From NCBI GenBank assembly GCA_902525435.1, contig CABZHD010000006.1, positions 2,591 to 66,590 of the forward strand: DNA of 64,000 nucleotides. The letters are read 5' to 3'. The notes below the pieces were generated by a model. That model saw only the letters and a list, made by a program, of their open reading frames with translations. It was not told where the DNA came from and ran no database searches. Every line of letters begins with the position of its first letter. Within the stretch, counting starts at the first letter, position 1. The position numbers and the translations under genes were made by a program. This document shows positions 46,690 to 56,153 of the stretch, piece after piece. The DNA is from an uncultured SAR86 cluster bacterium (GTDB lineage Bacteria > Pseudomonadota > Gammaproteobacteria > Magnimaribacterales > AG-339-G14).

Positions 46690-47811
46690 ATGAACTTGAT
46701 TGAATTTACACAAAAACTATTACGAATACAATCTATAACTCCCAGAGATATGGGATGTTTTGATTTAATCGAACCAGAGCTAAAAGAGTTGGGCTTCTCA
46801 ACTAAAAGAATTAATTACTTAAACGTTGAAAACCTCTATGCAGAAATTGGTTCTGGAGAGAATTTTTGCTTTCTTGGTCATACCGATGTTGTGCCTACTG
46901 GGCCGGTTGAATCATGGTCTTGCGACCCGTTTGCGGCAGAAATTAAGGAAAATGTTATTACTGCAAGAGGTGCAGCGGATATGAAAAGCAGCATCTCTGC
47001 TTTTTTATTTGCGCTGAAAGACATTGATCTTAGTAAAAATAGAAAAAAAATATCCATATTGCTCACCTCCAATGAAGAAGGAGATGCTAAAGATGGAACC
47101 ATTGAAAAAGTCTTAGATGAGTTAAAACAGAATAATAACCCAATCAATTACTGTTTAGCTGGGGAGCCTTCTTCAAAGAATGAACTTGGAGATACGGTGA
47201 GAATTGGCAGAAGAGGATCGTTATCTGGATCATTAACAATAATTGGTAAACAAGGTCACGTGGCCTACCCTAGCGATGTTGTAAACCCTATTATGCTCTC
47301 AGGTGGGTTAATAAAAGAGCTTTCAGAAAAACAGTGGGATCACGGAAATGAAAATTTCCCTCCAACATCCTTTCAGATATCGAATCTAAATGCAGGAACT
47401 GGAGCAAAAAATGTTGTTCCGGGAGATTTGAAGATTGAATTCAATTTTAGATTTTCTCCAGAAATAACAGAAGATGAAATCAAAGCAGAAGTAGTTAAAG
47501 TTATAGAAGAAAATATCAAAAACTATGAGTTAGATTGGGAGCTTAATGCAAAACCTTTTTACACAGATAAACCTTTTTTAAGAAATATTGTTACAAAATC
47601 TATTAAAAAGATAACCGGTATTAATACTATTGAAGACACAGGCGGTGGCACATCCGATGGAAGATTCATGCACCCTCATGGAGCTGAAGTAGTTGAGTTA
47701 GGACCAATCAATGCCTCAATCCACAAAATTGATGAGCACATAAAAATTGATCATCTTGAAGTTCTCAAGGACATATACCGAGATATTTTAATTAGCTACA
47801 TAGAGAGTTAA
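46690..47811 (+). CDS. dapE: Succinyl-diaminopimelate desuccinylase (M20 family)
   Basis: Start reassigned to ATG 46690 ([23 protein letters not shown]). It has [15 protein letters not shown] and GGGTSDGRF. Confidence 0.9.
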   Translation: MNLIEFTQKLLRIQSITPRDMGCFDLIEPELKELGFSTKRINYLNVENLYAEIGSGENFCFLGHTDVVPTGPVESWSCDPFAAEIKENVITARGAADMKSSISAFLFALKDIDLSKNRKKISILLTSNEEGDAKDGTIEKVLDELKQNNNPINYCLAGEPSSKNELGDTVRIGRRGSLSGSLTIIGKQGHVAYPSDVVNPIMLSGGLIKELSEKQWDHGNENFPPTSFQISNLNAGTGAKNVVPGDLKIEFNFRFSPEITEDEIKAEVVKVIEENIKNYELDWELNAKPFYTDKPFLRNIVTKSIKKITGINTIEDTGGGTSDGRFMHPHGAEVVELGPINASIHKIDEHIKIDHLEVLKDIYRDILISYIES

Positions 47812-47833
47812 TTTTTCCTTATTCTCTTAAAGT

Positions 47834-47887
47834 ATATATATCTAATTTATAGATTAAATATTTTATCTATAACTCAAAGATATATAT
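47834..47887. repeat. Nested AT-only inverted repeat (imperfect 18-bp hairpin) upstream of the alternative oxidase gene
   Basis: The outer arms are 47834-47843 ATATATATCT and 47878-47887 AGATATATAT. The inner arms are 47847-47854 TTATAGAT and 47865-47872 ATCTATAA. The loop is 10 nt. The repeat ends 9 nt before the aox ATG. Confidence 0.6.
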
Positions 47888-47896
47888 CATGAGCGC

Positions 47897-48538
47897 ATGA
47901 AAAACGCACCATTCGAAAAAACTATTGGATTTACTGATCAGGACAGTACGCACAAATATCCCCATGGATTAAGTGACAGATCAGCTTATTTGATTACTAG
48001 AGGTTTAAGAATTGCTGCAGACCTTTTCTTTAGAAAAAGATACGGACACAGGGCCGTTGTTTTAGAGACTGTAGCTGCTGTGCCAGGAATGGTCGCTGGA
48101 ATGCTCCATCACTTCAAAAGTCTACGCAACATGACTGATGATGACGGAATTATTAAAGAACTCTTAGATGAAGCTGAAAACGAGAGAATGCATCTTATGA
48201 CTTTCATAGAAATTTCCAAACCTACATTATTTGAAAGGCTTCTTGTTTTAGGTGCTCAGATTGTTTTCGGAACCTTTTATTTTTTCTTATACGTATTCTT
48301 CAGAGGAACAGCTCATCGAATGATAGGTTACTTTGAAGAGGAAGCAGTTACTTCATATACAGAATTTCTTGATGAAATAGATAAAGGAACTATTGAAAAC
48401 GTAGCAGCTCCTAAGATTGCGGTTGATTACTGGAATCTTGGAAATAAAGCCACCTTAAGAGATGTTGTCGTGGCCGTAAGAAACGATGAAGCTGGTCATC
48501 GTGATAAGAACCACGAAATAGCTGATAATTTATTGTAA
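47897..48538 (+). CDS. aox: Alternative oxidase (cyanide-insensitive ubiquinol oxidase, di-iron carboxylate)
   Basis: 213 aa with all four iron-ligand motifs: LETVAAVPG, ENERMHL, FEEEAV and NDEAGHRDKNH. Confidence 0.9.
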   Translation: MKNAPFEKTIGFTDQDSTHKYPHGLSDRSAYLITRGLRIAADLFFRKRYGHRAVVLETVAAVPGMVAGMLHHFKSLRNMTDDDGIIKELLDEAENERMHLMTFIEISKPTLFERLLVLGAQIVFGTFYFFLYVFFRGTAHRMIGYFEEEAVTSYTEFLDEIDKGTIENVAAPKIAVDYWNLGNKATLRDVVVAVRNDEAGHRDKNHEIADNLL

Positions 48539-48614
48539 TGGAGCGAGTAACGGGGTTCGAACCCGTGGCCTCGACCTTGGCAAGGTCGCGCTCTACCAGC
48601 TGAGCTATACTCGC
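48539..48614 (-). tRNA. tRNA-Gly (anticodon GCC), CCA encoded
   Basis: The reverse complement folds by hand into a cloverleaf: acceptor GCGAGTA/TACTCGC, D stem GCTC/GAGC, anticodon stem CGACC/GGTCG with loop TTGCCAA, T arm ACGGG-TTCGAAC-CCCGT, and 3-prime TCCA. It is 76 nt long. Confidence 0.95.
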
Positions 48615-48656
48615 GAAAAATAATTCAATTTACCTATTAAATATTACCTTTTCAAG

Positions 48657-51032
48657 CTATCTAAAAGTATATTTAAATCTTAATCCAATGTTCTGAGGAC
48701 GAATGGTATGCATTCTAGGTGTTTCATCCATCTCATTGTAGTAAAGTTCAGCTCTTTCATCGTCAAGGTTTCTGGCAAATAATTCTATTGCCCAATCTTC
48801 AAAATCTACTCCGATCGAAAAATTAAGGATGTTATATGCCTCTTGTTTATACCTTCTAGCAAGCACAAGAGAACTATAAGATTCCGAAGCCGAAGTTGTG
48901 CTCAGTTGAAAATACATAGGAACAGTATTAAATGTTTTATCGTATCTCAATCTTAAGTTCCATTGAGTCTCAGGCGCTAAAGGCAAGCTTGAACCCAAAG
49001 GAGCTAATTCAATAATGTCGGATGTCCTCTTAGTCAATTCTGAATTATTAAAGGACATAGCTGTTGCTAATGTCCAATTGTCGTCAATGTAATAAAGAAT
49101 ATCTGCTTCAAGACCCTGAATTTTTGCTTCTGCTGAATTGTCTATAAAAGTTAATGATGAAATATTTATAGGGTCTAATCTCGAAACTTGAATGTTTTTC
49201 CAGTTTACTTGATAAAGGTTTGCATTAAATCTAAGAGATCCTTCTAAGAAAATAGATTTTACTCCAAACTCAACGTTCTCAGTATTATCCGTTGAGTAAG
49301 TTAAAGGAACGTTTGGATAATTTGGATTCCTAGATGCAGCCCCTCCTCCTCTATTGAAACCACCGGGTCTAAATCCATCAGTAGCTGTCAAGAAAAGAAG
49401 GACATCCTCTTGGGGAAAGTAACTCAAAGTAACCTTATATATAGAATCATTTTCCTCTAATTTCTCTTTGGAGTGTCCAAAAGAAGAATCAAAATCAATT
49501 CCATCGTCAGCATCAGCAGACCCAAAGGTTGGATTATTACTTGATCCATAGAAATCAACTGTTTGTTGATAGAACCTTCCTCCTAGCATCAGATGAAATT
49601 TTTCCGGTAGGATCCTAAAGGTTAGTTCACCGAACAAAGCGGTTTGGCTTTGCTCCCTAGTTATATCACTGAATTCGAGTACTCCGGGTAATCTTGCACT
49701 GGAATTGATTGATCTTGCTGTTGATATGGGTGAGTTAAGAGCAAACGAGGGGTTGTACCCTGGATAATTAAAGTTTTCTTGATTTTCTGATTTAGAAGCA
49801 TCAAAAAAGATACCACCCGTGAACACGTACTTTTTCTGACCATCTGTTGCAACTCTAATTTCATGAGTATTTCTTTGTGAGTCTACAACTCCTTGAAAAA
49901 AGATACTTGGGTCATCACAAGAAGTATAAAGAGGATGGTTACAAGTATAGTAAGGAACATAAATTCCATTTTTTCCAGCAAAGCCTGAATAATCAGCATT
50001 CTGTCTTACTTCCCTATCTAAAATAGCTCCCGTGTAAAGGAACTGTGTTGAACCTATCTTTCCAGAAATAGTTGCAGCTATCTGAGAAAAACTATCATCC
50101 AAAGTATCTTCATTAAATCTCTGAACTTTAAGGTCACCTAAAGTTGGATCGAAATCATAAACACCATCAGCTGAAATGTCTTGCTGTAAAAATTGAACCA
50201 ACACTTCCCAAGTTTCTGCAAATTTACTTCTGGAAGCTAATCTAAATCCTCGATAACTTGAATCATTAAAGTCATCTTCGACAAGATCCGCATTGTTAAT
50301 TTTTCTTTTTTCTGCGTTTTCCGGGTAATAAGGATTTTCTGAAGATAAAATGTTTTCTCCAAAGATATTATCGATATATCCTCCAAAATTAGTGTTGTAG
50401 AAAACGCCTCTAATTGACCATTCATCATCAATGACTGGAAAGTTTATGTATGCTTCTACAGAAGAACTGTTATCTCCGTCCTTTGTAGCAAAGTAAGAAG
50501 ATTGAAAGCCTGCATCGAAAACATCATAGACAGGTTTCTTTGTAATCAGTCTAACCGTTCCAGCCTGTGCACTTGCTCCAAAAAGAGTACCTTGCGGTCC
50601 AGATAGAACCTCAATCCTCTCTAGGTCAGCAGCATAAACATCTAAATTTCTTCCAACAGAAGTGATCGGTTGCTCATCAAGATAAAAAGCTACATTTGGT
50701 GTTGATCCTTGCGAACCAGAAACAAAGACAGAAATCGGATCAATAGCCATTCCTCTTATAAACATTGTAGATTGACCCGGCCCTCTTCCAGCAGAAGTTA
50801 CATTAGGAAGAAATAATGAAAAATCATCGAAATTTGAAATATTCAATCTATCTAAATCAGCATCCCTTAATGCTAAAACAGTGACAGACACGTCCCTTGC
50901 TTCGTCGGCTCTTTTTGTTGAAGAAACTATAATTTCATCAATGATATTGTCTTCGTTGATATCGTCATTTTCCAAAGCATATATAGGAAAAATAACAAAG
51001 AGAGATAAAAAGTAAATTAATGATTTTTTCAT
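48657..51032 (-). CDS. TonB-dependent outer-membrane receptor
   Basis: 791 aa with a signal peptide and a TonB-box-like IIDEIIVSS. The plug region reads GPGQSTMFIRGM and RIEVLSGPQGTLFGASAQAG, followed by a long barrel. Confidence 0.9.
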   Translation of the reverse strand: MKKSLIYFLSLFVIFPIYALENDDINEDNIIDEIIVSSTKRADEARDVSVTVLALRDADLDRLNISNFDDFSLFLPNVTSAGRGPGQSTMFIRGMAIDPISVFVSGSQGSTPNVAFYLDEQPITSVGRNLDVYAADLERIEVLSGPQGTLFGASAQAGTVRLITKKPVYDVFDAGFQSSYFATKDGDNSSSVEAYINFPVIDDEWSIRGVFYNTNFGGYIDNIFGENILSSENPYYPENAEKRKINNADLVEDDFNDSSYRGFRLASRSKFAETWEVLVQFLQQDISADGVYDFDPTLGDLKVQRFNEDTLDDSFSQIAATISGKIGSTQFLYTGAILDREVRQNADYSGFAGKNGIYVPYYTCNHPLYTSCDDPSIFFQGVVDSQRNTHEIRVATDGQKKYVFTGGIFFDASKSENQENFNYPGYNPSFALNSPISTARSINSSARLPGVLEFSDITREQSQTALFGELTFRILPEKFHLMLGGRFYQQTVDFYGSSNNPTFGSADADDGIDFDSSFGHSKEKLEENDSIYKVTLSYFPQEDVLLFLTATDGFRPGGFNRGGGAASRNPNYPNVPLTYSTDNTENVEFGVKSIFLEGSLRFNANLYQVNWKNIQVSRLDPINISSLTFIDNSAEAKIQGLEADILYYIDDNWTLATAMSFNNSELTKRTSDIIELAPLGSSLPLAPETQWNLRLRYDKTFNTVPMYFQLSTTSASESYSSLVLARRYKQEAYNILNFSIGVDFEDWAIELFARNLDDERAELYYNEMDETPRMHTIRPQNIGLRFKYTFR

Positions 51033-51070
51033 TTTTTATAAGTATGTTTGAATCGACATTCTGTCATATA

Positions 51071-54000
51071 ATGAGTCATATTTTTAATCTTTCTGTGAAA
51101 AAATTTTTTAAATTCTTTTTGATTCTATTTGTAGTTGCTTGTGGCGGAGGCGGAGGCGGAGGTAATTCTGTCGAGCCGCAAAGTAATAATCCAATTAGTC
51201 CGTATGCATCATCGCAAGCTACTCAGGATACAGTTCAAAACCAAACTCAATACGTCTCTGGAAAAGTCGTAGATGATTATATATCTGGGGCTACCGTTTT
51301 TATAGATACCAATGGTAATGAAACCTTAGATGAAGATGAGCCATCAACCATTTCTGATAATTTTGGTAATTATAGTCTTCCGTTTGCAGTTGGAAGATTG
51401 ATAAGTATTGGCGGAATTGATATTGGAACTCAACAACCCGTGGATGGACTATCTCTCTCTGCTCCTATGGAAGAATACACAGAAACTAAAATGATAACTC
51501 CAGTTACTTCTCTGCTAGCGACAGAGGCTGAGGAAGCAGAAATAAAAGAAGCACTTGGAATTCCCGAATACCTTGATTTAAATACAGCCGATCCAATAGT
51601 CGAGAGAGAAAGAGAAGGCGGTGACAATACTTTGTATGAAGTAGGAAACCAAATTACTGTGATGGCTTTATCGCTTCAAGAAGTAGTTGAAACTCAGTCC
51701 TCTAACGAAGAAAGTACTTTAAACATAATCGAAAAACTAAGCGAAGAAATCAAAGAAAAAAAGAAAGAATCGCCTACCGGTCAAGTATCTTTAGAATCAA
51801 CTGAGATTGTTGATAATCTTATTGACGATGTTCTAACTGAAGCAAACATTGAAATAGAGGAAGATAAATTATCAAACGTAGTAAATGCCGTAACGAATTT
51901 AGTTTCTACCATCTCTGCCGATCAAGATGATGAGACAACAAAAGCAGTCTTATCGTTTGGGGTGACAACTTTTTTAAGCGATGTGGTTGAAATAGTTGAG
52001 GGTACTGCTTCAGATGAAAAAATTGATTCATATAACGCAGAAACTATAGTTGAGACTTTATCTGCAACTTTAAGTATTGATGTATCAAGATTAAAAATTA
52101 ATGAAGCACCAATTCTTTCTCAAGATCTGAGCTCTCAGATGCCAGATTCAGGACTAGCCGTAGATGAAAGTGATGACATCAATTGGTCGGCCTCGAATAA
52201 TGATGAACTTCAGGCTAGTGTTGAAATAGTGATTCAAGCTGCTGGCGATGAAGTTACTGCTGAGGATATTGAAGATACAGACTTGGCAAGCGCTAATGAA
52301 AATGAAAATGTTAATGAAGTCATTGCGGAGTTAGTCGAAAATTCTCCTCCAGAACCTGAACCTTTGAGTCCTGCAGAACAAATGATAGCTGATTATGAAG
52401 CTCAACAAGCTGAGATTGCTGCTGAAGACGCAGCAGCTCAAGCAGCTGCTGAAGCTGCGCCACCTAAAGTGGCCAATGTTTATTTGTGGTATTCCAAGGA
52501 TAGCCAAGCTCACTTTGGTGAAGGAGAAGCAGGTAAATCTGCTATGGATACCAGAGCAGCCTATATGTTTGAGGTGATCAATGAGATGTACGTCAATCAG
52601 AGGATTAAACTTGAATGGAACATTGTTGGATCAGATTTTTGGGATGCACCACTTTCAGAAGATTCTCTGAATCACCCTTATTTCCCTTTGTGGTATTCAA
52701 ACGGTTGCACCAATTACGAAGAATATGTGTTTGAAACAGATGAATGTAATGAAGCACTCAATCAAAGAAGAGCGGCGAATGATGCTGCAGAAGCAGATTG
52801 GCACATGATTTTACTAACTGCGTTAGACAACAATAACCCTAAAGCTCCTGTCACCGGTGTAGCTGGCAGTAAAAAGGATTGGGATAGCGATACTAATTTC
52901 CTTTCAACTTGGGAAGGCATCAATGTGCTTTCAGGCTTTAGTACGGGTAACACACCAGAAGAACAAGAAAACATGGTGCCAGGAAGCATGGCTCCAGAGA
53001 TAGCACCTGTTTTGTGGTATGACTATATAGCCACTTTGTGGCATGAAATCGGCCATACAATGTGTGCTGCACATAATAGACCGGAAAACGGCAATACAAG
53101 TCCAAAAGGTTCGTTGTGTGCTGGGGTAAATTTTGAAGATATCGGAAAAGATACTCTTATGAATGGCGGAGGTAGTATGAAAGTTCCTCCGGATCAAGTT
53201 ATTTCTCAATCTCATCCCGATTCAACCGTCATGGAATCAAGTTCTTCGAAAACTTGTGTACCCAACGATAATTTGAACAGCGAACCAATCATCTGCCAAA
53301 AACCTCCTGTTGATGGAAATGGGGATGGAAATATCTACGACAGCAGCGTTGATAGTGGCGGAGAGATTGCAAGAGATTTATTTAACGAATGGTCTTATTA
53401 CTATGCAAATCTTTGGGAGCATAAAGAAGCTCAACTCGCTGGTGAAGTTGCCGGTAATAATCAGGTAGACATGGATAGATATGATTCATCCGCTACTTCT
53501 CCGGCTGTAACGTCAAGAATGTTATTTCCTTTGATTAATGGTGGTGAATACACCTTCACTAACGGACAAAGAACAAAAAGAATGCTTGTTATAGAAGATG
53601 ATCCAGTAACGATTAATGGTACTTCATACCAAGAATTTAGATTTGTAGAAGATCTTGGCAAAGAATATTGCGGATATATTTCATACGCCAAATATTGCTC
53701 TACTAGGCAAGAGATTTGTGACAATTTCGATGATAATAGACATCCTACCAAGCATAACTGCCCTGTAGGAGCTCTTGGCCATGGAGATGTTATTGAAGGC
53801 GAAGAACCACGCTGGGCTGGATTTTACGATCCTACTCAAACCGTTTTTAGATTCAGAATTAGCCCTGAAGGACACTATTTTCTCTCTGCTTATGACGATA
53901 ATAAGAATTGGCCAGCTAGCGATGGGTCTGAATTGAGACCAATTTATCAAGGAGGTCCGGCCTTGAGATATGATCTAGACTCTTCATTGGGATGTCCTTT

Positions 54001-54484
54001 TCTTAGCGCAACCTTCTCTCCTGGTCACTACCAAGAGTTTGATTGTGCTTTTAAAGGATTCGAATATCGAGTCGATAAGTGGAACGGAGTTGCAGGCGGC
54101 TTTTTAGCTATTCATACATTCAAGGGTAAAGATCCAAATGAGTATGCTAAAGAATCTTTACCATATAACCTTCCCGCTTTTGCTGGTGTTGAAAAAAGAT
54201 ACCAAGCTGTAAGTACTCCTTACGGTGACTACATCACATTTATGCTGGTTCAACAGCAATACAGTAACGATTCAAAAGAAAGTGCATCTTATTTTAATAA
54301 GTTCTACCTTCATCCAGAAGTTGGTATCGCTCAATTTGAACATCACGGTGAAGTTTGGCAACTTGTTTCTGTAGATACAGATGGCGATGGAATGGATAAT
54401 AATTTTGTGGGCGAGGATGATGATGATAACGATGGAGTATCAGATCAATTTGATAGCGCTCCTTTAGATCCATTAGTACAGTAA
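51071..54484 (+). CDS. Large exported lipoprotein with variant metzincin-like zinc motif and C-terminal acidic Ca-binding (TSP3-like) repeats
   Basis: Lipobox FVVA|C followed by GGGGGGG. The N-terminal module reads GKVVDDYISGATVFIDTNGNETLDEDEP, followed by an acidic/Ala-rich linker. HEIGHTMCAAH lies at 53042-53074, with TLMNGG about 30 aa downstream. The C-terminal end reads DTDGDGMDNNFVGEDDDDNDGVSDQFD. ATG 51071 was chosen as start; the track ORF begins at 51020. Confidence 0.7.
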   Translation: MSHIFNLSVKKFFKFFLILFVVACGGGGGGGNSVEPQSNNPISPYASSQATQDTVQNQTQYVSGKVVDDYISGATVFIDTNGNETLDEDEPSTISDNFGNYSLPFAVGRLISIGGIDIGTQQPVDGLSLSAPMEEYTETKMITPVTSLLATEAEEAEIKEALGIPEYLDLNTADPIVEREREGGDNTLYEVGNQITVMALSLQEVVETQSSNEESTLNIIEKLSEEIKEKKKESPTGQVSLESTEIVDNLIDDVLTEANIEIEEDKLSNVVNAVTNLVSTISADQDDETTKAVLSFGVTTFLSDVVEIVEGTASDEKIDSYNAETIVETLSATLSIDVSRLKINEAPILSQDLSSQMPDSGLAVDESDDINWSASNNDELQASVEIVIQAAGDEVTAEDIEDTDLASANENENVNEVIAELVENSPPEPEPLSPAEQMIADYEAQQAEIAAEDAAAQAAAEAAPPKVANVYLWYSKDSQAHFGEGEAGKSAMDTRAAYMFEVINEMYVNQRIKLEWNIVGSDFWDAPLSEDSLNHPYFPLWYSNGCTNYEEYVFETDECNEALNQRRAANDAAEADWHMILLTALDNNNPKAPVTGVAGSKKDWDSDTNFLSTWEGINVLSGFSTGNTPEEQENMVPGSMAPEIAPVLWYDYIATLWHEIGHTMCAAHNRPENGNTSPKGSLCAGVNFEDIGKDTLMNGGGSMKVPPDQVISQSHPDSTVMESSSSKTCVPNDNLNSEPIICQKPPVDGNGDGNIYDSSVDSGGEIARDLFNEWSYYYANLWEHKEAQLAGEVAGNNQVDMDRYDSSATSPAVTSRMLFPLINGGEYTFTNGQRTKRMLVIEDDPVTINGTSYQEFRFVEDLGKEYCGYISYAKYCSTRQEICDNFDDNRHPTKHNCPVGALGHGDVIEGEEPRWAGFYDPTQTVFRFRISPEGHYFLSAYDDNKNWPASDGSELRPIYQGGPALRYDLDSSLGCPFLSATFSPGHYQEFDCAFKGFEYRVDKWNGVAGGFLAIHTFKGKDPNEYAKESLPYNLPAFAGVEKRYQAVSTPYGDYITFMLVQQQYSNDSKESASYFNKFYLHPEVGIAQFEHHGEVWQLVSVDTDGDGMDNNFVGEDDDDNDGVSDQFDSAPLDPLVQ

Positions 54485-55135
54485 ATGATAAAAGCTTTAA
54501 TCCTTGTTTTATTAATTTCTTTGGGTCTTTATTTTTACTTTAATGAAGATGAAGAAAAGATGGCGGTAAAAGAAATTTTTCCGGTTAACCTTTCCGATAA
54601 GTACAACTTTCAAACAAAAAATATTAATGGAAAAGAGATATCGGTTTCAATAGCAGCAGACGATGCCTCATTTAGTGGAGATGTTACAAAATTCAGTAAC
54701 AGAACTACTCCTATAACTCACGAAGTAAAAACTATTCAAATACCTGAAGATTATGATGTGCAAGATGCAAACTCTGATGCATTCCTCTTGATGACCAACT
54801 TTAAGTCAACAGTTGCAGATTTAATTGTTGGCGACAAAGTTTTGATAGATGTCCAAGAAAATAAAACTTTAGAGCTCAATATAGGTAAGCTTGAAATGAA
54901 AATAGGCAATAAAGTGGTTAAGTCTTTTAGTAATGAAAATGTAGGTAATTCTACAATTGTTGCAGGAAATTTTTTAATCACTGGTTCTGTTTTTAGTGAT
55001 GGAAATTTTTATACTGTCAGCAGTGCAAATAATGGGAACAGTGTAATTACCAATATGACTCTTTCAGGAATAGATTACGGACCGCCTGAAGGAACTTTTG
55101 AAAACGACTATCCTCCGCATATTCATAATCATTAG
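54485..55135 (+). CDS. Membrane-anchored hypothetical protein, co-transcribed partner of the large lipoprotein
   Basis: 216 aa with an N-terminal TM. The ATG directly abuts the upstream TAA. No motif was recognised. Confidence 0.45.
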   Translation: MIKALILVLLISLGLYFYFNEDEEKMAVKEIFPVNLSDKYNFQTKNINGKEISVSIAADDASFSGDVTKFSNRTTPITHEVKTIQIPEDYDVQDANSDAFLLMTNFKSTVADLIVGDKVLIDVQENKTLELNIGKLEMKIGNKVVKSFSNENVGNSTIVAGNFLITGSVFSDGNFYTVSSANNGNSVITNMTLSGIDYGPPEGTFENDYPPHIHNH

Positions 55136-55227
55136 CTAATTAATTTCAGTTATTTAAATTGAAACTATAGTAGTTTTACTTATAATTAAATTTTCTTATT
55201 TTTATTATTAATCTTACTTATACATAG

Positions 55228-56145
55228 ATGAGCAGCATCAAATTATTCAAATCAGCACAAGCTTTAATTAAACATGAATCCTTTGGGAAGGCGTCTAAAA
55301 GTATTGGTCTAACCCAATCTGCTCTGAGCCAAAACATAAAAAAATTAGAAAGTCATTACGGAGTAAAATTCTTTCAAAGAGAAAATGGTAAGACTAAACC
55401 TACTGTCTACGGAGAGATGCTACTTTCTCTTACAGACGAAATAGTTGATATAGAAGAAAAAATCGTTAACCAAATAAGCCTCATAAATAATTCAGATTCA
55501 GGCCTATTAAAAATTGGTTTAGACCCTTACCTATCTGGAACTATTCTTGAACCTATAATTTCTGAAATGATGGGAATATATCCAGATATTAAGTATAGAT
55601 TTTTTTATCTTTCAACCTATTCCGGTGTTGCCCAGTTGAAAGCAAATAAATTCGATATATTAATCAGTTTTGATGAACGAGAATATCGTCTTAATTCAAA
55701 TAAAAATTTAGATACTTTGGAAGTGATACCTATAAAAATTAATCCTCCAAAATTTTATGCTAGAGAGGATCATGAGATTTTTAATCAAAATGAAATTTCT
55801 ATTGAAAATATTTTTGATCATAATATTTATACAACTCTTCCACCTGCTTGGTTTCATAATTTTTATGAAAAGGAAGTAGGAGAAGACGTACCCTATTCTC
55901 ATATAGTTGATAAAGTCTCTTTGGTTTCAGCTGATCAAAATCTACACTTGAGAATGGTTGAAAAGGGAAATGGCATAGGGATTTTTTATGAATTTGATTT
56001 ACTTAACTCTAAGGAACAACTTAAGACTATTCCCATTAGAAATTATCCGGAAAAACTCAACGCAATGATCGCTATTAATAAAAAGTGGGTTAAACCTCAA
56101 ATAGCAAAGATTTTTTTAGAAATGGTCTCAAGTAGATTTAGTTAG
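55228..56145 (+). CDS. LysR-family transcriptional regulator
   Basis: 305 aa with an N-terminal HTH (FGKASKSIGLTQSALSQNIKKLE) and a substrate-binding-domain-sized C-terminus. Confidence 0.85.
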   Translation: MSSIKLFKSAQALIKHESFGKASKSIGLTQSALSQNIKKLESHYGVKFFQRENGKTKPTVYGEMLLSLTDEIVDIEEKIVNQISLINNSDSGLLKIGLDPYLSGTILEPIISEMMGIYPDIKYRFFYLSTYSGVAQLKANKFDILISFDEREYRLNSNKNLDTLEVIPIKINPPKFYAREDHEIFNQNEISIENIFDHNIYTTLPPAWFHNFYEKEVGEDVPYSHIVDKVSLVSADQNLHLRMVEKGNGIGIFYEFDLLNSKEQLKTIPIRNYPEKLNAMIAINKKWVKPQIAKIFLEMVSSRFS

Positions 56146-56153
56146 CTTTTCTT

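Noticed and set aside
46627-46713. N-terminal extensions in track ORFs: glcB (46627-46713), dapE (46660-46689), plcP-like (23416-23481), arsC (14922-14957) and the large lipoprotein (51020-51070).
   Set aside because: The extensions are Cys/Phe-rich or overlap neighbouring genes. Internal ATGs give family-typical N-termini, with an RBS where visible (for example AAAGAGGAG before glcB ATG 46626). They were treated as artefacts of longest-ORF calling.
47812-48656. A possible genomic island integrated at tRNA-Gly and carrying aox.
   Set aside because: There is no integrase, excisionase or transposase. I could see no direct repeat of the tRNA 3-prime end, and composition looks like the flanks. 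This is kept only as a low-priority check.
51143-51163. A (GGCGGA)x3 plus GGT simple repeat sits right after the lipobox Cys codon of the large lipoprotein. It could be a slipped-strand phase-variation tract.
   Set aside because: The repeat unit is a multiple of three and encodes the Gly7 tether. Slippage would change linker length but would not switch the gene off.
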